This document shows, piece by piece, positions 55,601 to 64,000 of a stretch of 64,000 nt of DNA. The notes below the pieces were generated by a model. The model was not told the origin of the DNA. It worked only from the letters and a program-made list of their open reading frames with translations, and searched no databases. Each line of letters opens with the position of its first letter. Positions within the stretch are counted from its first letter, which is position 1. Source of the DNA: Nymphaea colorata (Eukaryota); contig NC_045138.2 in the NCBI RefSeq assembly GCF_008831285.2, forward strand, positions 20,150,001-20,214,000. Direction: 5' to 3'. Position numbers and translations under genes: made by a program.

Positions 55601-58600
55601 GGATAACAAAGAAAATGGTGTCAAAATTTTTATGTTTTGGAAACTTGGACAGTTCTAAACTGCATAGTTGTATGCTTTTTCTGGCATGTTATATGTTAAA
55701 ATGCAGTTTATCAAATCTATAAGAAGACACAATGTTTAGTGGTATCATACATTTGTGAGAGTTTCTGTCTCAAGCTTTTGCTTGTTAGATGCTCAATGGC
55801 TTGTTTGATGAACTAGAATATGGCCTTTATCCTTTCCTAACACCTGGCAGTATGAAGTCCTATCCTTAGTTTCTGAGACTCGGAGAAAACAATTCTAGGC
55901 TTCTAGCTCATGCTTAAAAGATTGCTTCTCTTTTCTGATTAAGCCAGTGTTTCATTTGTAGGAAAACCTGACGTCTTTTACAATTGAAGTTTGAAGAATT
56001 CTGAGCGAGATTTGTCGTGTTTATCAACTTTTCTGTAATCCATAAAATAGGATGTAAGCATATACAAATGCAACTCAGATTTGAGATAGACATGGCAGAT
56101 TGATTATTTAATCCTGATGCATGTTAAGTATGAAGTAGAAGTATATACCTTAGATGGAATCTGCTTCACACTTTAAGCACATTCAAATACTAATACTGAA
56201 GCAGGTCTTAGGAATTTGAGGAAGAAATGTTGGATATTCATGTCTATCCACTTAATCCATTAGCAAGTAGAACATAATCTTGGCATTTCCTGCAAGAGGA
56301 ACTGGATCATCACTGAAAATAAAGTTTCACTCTTGTCAAGTGCAAGTTAAAAAGTAGTATTGCAATTCTGAAGAGGACATCATATAATGGCGTTATTGTA
56401 GTATGACTAAGTTTATCTTGTATTTGTTACTGAAAGAAAGAAAGGGAAGATTGAAACAAGTAAGGAAATATGGGGAAAACGAAATACAAGAATGAAGGGA
56501 GAGTGAGAAGAAGGAAAAATAGGGAAGAGAAGAAAGAGAAAGTTCGATGGAAGAACTGTCAAGCTCCCCCTTTAGTTTTAGGTTCCACTTAGTATTTCTT
56601 GTTTGCAATTTTTTTATCCAAAATTGTAAAAGTCATTCTGAAGTTGCTTTTGAGGCAATTTTTTATTTTTCTGATGCAAATGTTGTAGAATGAATGAAAG
56701 AATAGAAGAAATGCTTAAATGCAAATATTATAGAGTAGAACTTTCTTTTCTGCTGTATTAATTTTGTGACGTGCTGAGAAAGTTATGGCTTGCTTAAAGT
56801 TTTTCTTGCTGCTGGGTTTTATGAACTGTGCTACTAGATACAAAATTCACTTTAAGATAGTTAAAATACTATGGCTGAACATGATTCTATAGCTCAAAAA
56901 TGACATCTATTTGTTCCATTATTGTCAATGGCATATTTTCATCATCTTTAGTCTCTGAACATTCATAGATTATGTGCTTTTTCAAGATCTAGTTTTGAAT
57001 TCCCTATTTATTGAAGTTTATGAGTTAGTTTCAGTTTGTAGGTATGGGACAATGCGAGATAATGTCATAAGCCTTCAGGTTTGTAAGCATGCACGAATCA
57101 GCAGGCTCAGAACTATATAGTTTTATTGTTGTTGCGAAGCTTCTGCAAAGGATACAACTTTTTTAGTAAATATTGGTTCTTGAGCTGATGTTAACCTTAG
57201 ATTCAATGCTTTCTTATTTTTCTCATATGGATTTCTCACTCTGATCTCTTTAGCAGGTTGTTCTGGCAGATGGTGGCATTGTCAAAACTGCTTCACGTGC
57301 TCGGAAGAGTTCTGCAGGGTATTCATAAATTATGTTTTTCTCAACATTGGAAAATTGATCTAGCATATATGTTAGGCCATATCATCCTTGCAGTGTTAAT
57401 ACGTCATTTTCAAATTAAAATGGGTGATATATCTGAGATTCTCAAGGCACTTGATAAAGTTATGCATCAATTACCAAATTTAGGAAAGTTATGGGTGGTC
57501 TGAATTTAAAAACAGGGTAGGAGAAGACACAATGACAGAGAGGGACGGAGAAGACAAAAGGACCATGGAAGGAGTTAGTTAAATCTGACCAAACATTGGG
57601 CTAATTAAGTATGTTTTGTCATCTTAAAGGTATAGGACAGTGGGGTTGTAGAAAGACAAAGATAAGCCTCAAAGGAATTAACAGCTCTTAATAATTGGTC
57701 TGGATGAAAGATTATTCCTTCTGTTAGTTGAGATACGTGACAATTTTCTTTCCATACGTACAGTGTCTATAATTTTATAAATGACAGGTAAGAATAATTC
57801 CGAGCATGAGTTTTGGATTTGGGAAACTTTTTAAGCTGATTTCTTTGACTTCCAAGTCCCAGCAAAGCTACTTTTATCAATTTAATTTGTCATAGAAATT
57901 CTGTTCAGTTCACATGCTGGATTAAGTTCTACAGTGTAAACATCAGTTGGAAGCTTATGTTTTAGCTTTTAGATTGGTTTCTCAGTTATTGTTTTGTCTC
58001 CTGCATTGCAGCTACGACTTAACTAGATTGCTGATTGGAAGTGAAGGCACCTTGGGTGTCATTACAGAGGTGACTCTGCGACTGCAGAAGCTCCCTGAAC
58101 ATTCTGTGGTATTGTTGTTCTTTCCTCTGTGTCCAAAAAGTTACCATATATAGTTTGGAGCATCTCTATTGGAATACTGCAGACCTTTTCCTTTGGTATG
58201 CTCTTAAGTCTTACACATTTTAGTATAACTGTTTTGTACTTTTCTATCAACAATCAGGAACACATTTTTCTCTTGAATCTGGATTTGTTATGCTAGTGCA
58301 ACTTTAATCCATTTATAGATGAGGAAAACTTAAAAATTTCACAAGATAATCTCTTTAAAATTAAGGTAATAACAAAAAGTAAATATTTATCTTGATCATT
58401 TTGATCAAGAAAATTAACAAAAATGTTTATCTTAATCTATAAAATAACAAATTATAACATATCCAAGTTGAAAGGTAATCAAAACCTACGTGGATGTTCT
58501 ATGGTGTGGCAGCACAAGCACATCTTGGTCCAACTCATATGTCAGCATGAAAGTATTACTTATCTGTTCCTAGAATATGTGAATTAATTATAGCTTAATT

Positions 58601-58821
58601 GATATTTGATAGCTTACCATATGTAAAGATACTTTTTTCAAAAGGGTGGATAATGGCTGGTGCTTTGAATTGCTTTGTATATCTCAACTTGTAGGCCAAC
58701 AGTCAAATTGATCCATGATTCATAATTGGTGCACATAGTCTTCACATATTATAAAAACTATGTATATATATAGATGTAGATATAAATATAAATAAATAAA
58801 TAAATAAATAAATATATATAT

Positions 58822-58855
<34 letters not shown>

Positions 58856-61800
58856 GTATGTATGTAGGAATAATTGTTAACAAATGGTCAATACACTCAT
58901 AAATTATAGAAGTTGTTAATTTTTATTTTAGTAACTATTAATCAATAAAAGAAGCATTATTAGTGGATCAAACTGAATCATCAATCAAGGAGTCCCATTG
59001 TTTTGTTCACGTTTCACAAGTAAAAGCACATTTACAAACAATAAGTGAAACAACAATCAAGTCCCTTAACAACGAATACCTACACTGGTAAACTAAGATA
59101 AAAAAATCATATTTACAAACTAGCAAGGCACTTTTAAATGGCGTTGAAAAAGAAAGCTACTTTTGCTTTCCAGACAAAACTAAACATGGCCAAACTTGTA
59201 CTAAAATAAGTACTTTGGACCAAAATAGACATTGCTGCATTGACTGCATCTGCAAAGAGTGTCTGAGCCATATCCATAGTCGCACTATCTCCTGCCATGT
59301 TAACATGGATGAAGACCCAAAGAAGAGTCAGTGTGACATAGATTGTGGTGACTATAGCTAGACACCCTTGAAGTGATCATATTCATTCCAATTACACATA
59401 TAGAGGATTCTGGTGGCCTCTGGCCATAGAATGCTATGCACAAGGATCGCTCAATGTAATATTCTATCATAAAACAAGATTTAGATGCTTTAATTCACAG
59501 AGGGATTAGAATCTTTCTAACACACTAAACTAAAAATAGGTCATTGAATTTTTGATTACTTGATTTGAATTCCTAACTTATGCTCTATATGCTTATGTTA
59601 AATTCCTAGGTTGCAATGTGCCAGTTTCCAACAATTAAGGATGCAGCTGATGTTGCTATTGCCACCATGCTATCAGGAATCCAGGTGCTTCTATGTTCCA
59701 TGTGCCTCTTAATGTGAGGATGAAATTGTTCCTAGCCTATGTGGATTAGCTTTTGTAGTTTGTTAAGCTGGATCCCTGATGATTAAATTTTGTTGGATGA
59801 CTTATTTCACATATGGCCCCAGGACTATTAAGAAAACAAAAATGGGATATGCACACATTGTTATTCATATTTATTAATTTATTAGAGAGATTATGTAAGT
59901 ATACAGGTATAGGTAACCTATATGCACAATTGATGCCTTTCAAGCCCTGGAAATGTTAAGGGAAGAATATGGCTTCATCACCCTAGGGAATGACTTTCCC
60001 TACAATCATTTTAAGCAGAGGAAAGGATTTAATTCCTGTTTGGATGACGATAACTCCAAGTTAGAAGCTTGAATTTAGCATTGAAATTAGATTTAATGAA
60101 AATCGGGCAATGTTGTCACCAATAAGGCATCATGCCTGATATGTATCACATTAAGTATCAGTCTGTATCACCCTACCTTTTATTTTCTGAATTTGAAAAA
60201 TGATTTAAATACTCTAAATTGATTTTACAATGAAAACATAAAAATATAAAAACTTGAATTGGCCCTCTATCGTATTGGGAAGGGATCTGATATGCTCCAG
60301 CACCGAGTGATATTGATAAAACTCAGACGAGGTTTTTGACATATTATGGGCATTCAGATGTGCCCTTTGTTTATCTCTTGAGGCAGGAAAAAAAAATCAT
60401 AAACATTATGCCTTGGATTATATTGTATGTCTTCTTCAGAAATAACAAATGTGAATAGCCATATCTGGCTGATGAATATTAAAGAAAGCAGGAAGCATAA
60501 CAAATAGGAGTGCTTATGTGTTGTACCTTGCCCCAATTAGTCAATCCACTTGTCCACCTTCCTACCTAATTGTGCAAACTAGAGTTCTAAATGATGTGCC
60601 CGTGTGAAAATAATATGATCAATTTTCTAAACTTGTATCACCTACTTCAACATTTTCTTCATTCCCGTGTGTGTTCTCTAAGTAGCTATTGTGCGCATAA
60701 AGGCACAAAGTATAACAGCATATTGTTTGTCTTTTTATGTTCTACTGTATTCTTTTATATATTTGTTTTATAGTGTTTAATAACCCTTCCATGCACATAT
60801 TGTTGCCTTATCTTTAGGTCTCAAGGGTGGAACTCTTGGATGAAGTTCAGGTTAAGGCAATCAATTTGGGGAATGGAAAAAATTTACCAGAAGTCCCCAC
60901 GTTAATGTTTGAATTTGTAGGCACTGGTAAGCACTACTTAGTTTTCTTTTGGGACTGTCTATCAAAGTCCTACTACGAAAATTTTATTACAATTCAGAGG
61001 GGTTATATGTTATGACCTAGATAGCCATAATGTCTTCTTTATAAGCATCATTCATCAACATTCTCTAAAACACACGTACTTATTTGTGCAAGAAAAGCTG
61101 TGATGTTTTTGTTGGATGAACATTGTTCATGGTGGTAGCCTACTAATTTTTTCTAAATGCTTCAGAGGCAAACGCACGTGAGCAGACATTGTTAGTCCAG
61201 AAGATTGTTGGGGAGCACAATGGCTCTGATTTTGTTTATGTGGAGGATCCAGAGGCCAAGTCAGAACTTTGGAGGGTAAATTCTATAATCTAGATTAAGC
61301 TTTACCATGTCCAACTCTTTCTGGATGTTTCTGGTACTGAACTGTGAGTACGAATCCTTTGGCTAAATGGGTAATTTGCCTCTGCAAGAAATGCTGACCT
61401 TTAAATTTCGTCCCAGTTAGACACCAATATTGAACCACATTTGACTTGGCCTAGATTACTCAGTTCAAGTTTTTCCTTTTTTCCTGTTTCTGCTTTATTT
61501 CAGTTGATGGTTGCTTCTATCTGTTGACCACAAATAACTGTCTTAATTGGCTTCTGCTTTGTCTAACTGCACCTTTTTTTATCTAGATAAGGAAAGAGGC
61601 ACTTTGGGCATGCTTGGCAATGAAACCTGATTATGAAGCAATGATAACGGTCAGTTGAAATGTCTACTTTATGTTTGACCATGACTTAACAAGCTAGCAT
61701 ATTCACAATTTCACATACTTCTTTGGAGAAAAGAAGTTGATAGGTGGTAGGAGCCATGATTCATTGGGGTTTGATGAGTGCCACGACTCATGCTACAGAG

Positions 61801-63092
61801 CTTAGACCAGACGTGAAAAATTAGCTTTTGCACTAGTTGCTGTCGATAGAAGTGAAAAATGAGTCTTCTGCAATAAAGGATCATTCAGATGATTCTTTAT
61901 TCTAGTAATGCAGGGCATGAATGTATTTTTTTATAATGATGTGATCATCGCGGATGTCAAACACCACCAATTCTATGAGGCTCTAGCAAAACTACCATTT
62001 TATGGAGCTCTACCATAATAAAAAAAGCTCGGCCCTTTCCACAAAATGTTACAAGACGTGAAGACAATTCTATAGAACCTCTAAAAAGGCAGGGACCATT
62101 TCGTGAAAAGTCTTAATATGGGTCAGACATCATTTGCAAGAGTTGCAACACACCACTTTGCTTTGCTCCCTGCCATCTTTGTATTTGTTGACTGGTTTCT
62201 AGCATTGATGTAGTTGTCTTTACTGGAAGGGAGATTATAACTTATATGTGTCAATCATTGGCATAAGATATTGTTCTCGTGTTTTTATTGGCGAGTTCTT
62301 TTTGGCAGTAAACTGGAATGTAGTTCTCGGGAAAATCTCAAGAAAGTATCTGGAATTCAAAAAATTAAAAATTAAAAGAAAAATTATGAAACTATAAGAT
62401 TTTGACTAATTTTCTTGAAAAAACATTAATCAAAATCCAAATAATTATTAAAAAATTAAAAGAGGTATCAAGAAATTTAAAATATATTGAAAACAAAATT
62501 TTCTGGGAAAAGGGAACAAATGCAAAAAAAAGGTGTGACATCTCATTTATCTTTTTTTTCAAAATATCATGGTTTTTCGTTTTTTTTTTTTTTGCTTTAA
62601 ATTCCTTTTTTTTTGCTTCATTTTTTTTTTGAAAAAAAAACTGTGATATTTGTCATGGGGTTATCAGTTTGCCAATTTAATCAACAAACTGGCAGTCATC
62701 AATTCCTCTTTCTTCTGAAAGACGTTTGATGTCAATTATTGAGTTACTGGGGAATAAAGAAGCCAACTGATCATTTGTTTGTAGGATGTGTGTGTTCCTT
62801 TATCACGCCTTGCCGAATGCATTTCAAAATCGAAAATTGAACTTGATGCTTCACCACTGGTCTGGTAAATTCATGTTACTTTAATGAATTTCTCTCAAAT
62901 TCGCTAAAGGGTTCAGCTACATCCATATATTAACACCTTCATCTTGTCTGCTTGTCATCAGCACGGTGATTGCCCATGCAGGTGATGGGAATTTTCATAC
63001 ATTTATCTTGTTTGATCCAAACAATGAGGAGCACCTTCGGGAAGCTGAAAGATTGAACCATTTTATGGTTGACACTGCTTTATCTATGGAAG
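49660..63092 (+). CDS. DLD: D-lactate dehydrogenase [cytochrome], mitochondrial, tandem copy 2 (exons 1-16; last two exons beyond the right edge)
   Basis: Exons 49660-49898, 50048-50141, 50856-50956, 52556-52604, 53884-53976, 55034-55148, 55321-55381, 57042-57078, 57257-57318, 58012-58108, 59610-59684, 60818-60926, 61166-61275, 61587-61649, 62785-62864, 62962-63092. Exons 2-16 are identical in length to copy 1. No stops or frameshifts seen. AHAGDGNFH intact. Confidence 0.95.
51380..51750. mobile_element. MITE (ATAGTCACA family) in D-LDH2 intron 3
   Basis: 10-bp perfect TIR AATAGTCACA / TGTGACTATT. Reverse-orientation homolog of 36052-36418. Confidence 0.75.
58785..58866. repeat. Compound (AAAT)n(AT)n(GTAT)n microsatellite
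   Basis: Visible runs in D-LDH2 intron 10. Confidence 0.85.
62257..62660. mobile_element. Degenerate AT-rich MITE in D-LDH2 intron 14
   Basis: Reverse-orientation similarity to the 30250/41832 family (GGAAAATCTCA, GTGATATTTGT). Boundaries approximate. Confidence 0.45.
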
Positions 63093-64000
63093 GTATTTTA
63101 ATCATTGAATCAAATGAATATAGCAAACAGTAATGAGAATTTAACATAGACTATATAGTATATACATTCCAGAGTGAAGCAGTTCCAGTTGACAGGTTTT
63201 GGTTGCAATTTGAGTTTGCATGTTGTTTTATGCCTTGCGTTGAACATAACATTTATGATTAAGCAACTGTGCCTTTCCTGCCTATAGCATGTCAAATTAG
63301 TTATGTCATTGTCATAAAGATGAATGGCATTACAGCTGTTACACATAATGAGGTATGGTATGGAGCACTTTCATGAGGCAACAGGTGACCAGTCCCATTA
63401 AGGCAATAAAAAATGAAAAACGAAAAATTGGGGGTTCGCAAAGGAGAATCATAAATTGCTTAACAATCAAGTACATGTATTGCATGTGAAAGGAGGTAAA
63501 TGCATGTAAATTCTGCAATTACAGCTGTTTGGTTGATTGGGTTGTTAGGGTTCGCTTTATTGTCTATATTTTCTTCACAATTGAAATTCTATGCTAGCTT
63601 CCAATCAGTTGTTCTTAGATTTGATTTAAGGAATCAGTTAAAAAGCATCAGAATGGTTGGACGTGGTCAATTTTCTCTGTTATGAACAGCGACTGCAAAA
63701 AATCAAAGTCTGTTATGCCTATTGTTTTCCTGCGTATTAAACTATCATATCTGTTCGAAGTTTCAAAATTTAGCTTCAAATCTCCAACCAAATATTTGTT
63801 TCTTCCTTTCTTAGTTGTTCTGTTTTTGTGAGGTACACATAATCATGGAACTGTGGAATGGCTATAACAATAGCTTATATTTTCTTATGTTATGCAAGTG
63901 TTTGCATGAACTATTTGTTCTTACAGCTCAAGCCTTTCATTCTCCTGCATTATTTCAAGAACCATCTCCTAGTCTTAAATCTTTAGTCCTTCTTTATTTT

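Overview
Plant (angiosperm) nuclear genomic DNA: AT-rich, with GT-AG introns and many MITEs and microsatellites. I built five spliced protein-coding genes by hand with consistent reading phase: (1) the 5' part of an organellar valyl-tRNA synthetase on the minus strand, running off the left edge; (2, 3) a tandem pair of PLAC8/PCR (FW2.2/CNR-like) genes with long, internally duplicated Pro/Gln-rich N-termini; (4) a complete 18-exon mitochondrial D-lactate dehydrogenase [cytochrome]; (5) a second, apparently intact tandem D-LDH paralog running off the right edge. The most striking non-genic feature is a 968-bp non-autonomous hAT-type element with TIRs and a perfect 8-bp TSD. It carries an intron-containing short-chain dehydrogenase fragment (Pack-hAT-like) that could still splice into a chimeric ORF. 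Also notable are nested hAT MITEs with perfect TSDs, and an orphan piece of D-LDH intron behind the first PCR gene that suggests an older PCR+D-LDH block duplication. Most ORF-track entries are spurious intronic or intergenic ORFs. No database searches were possible, so family calls rest on recognised motifs.
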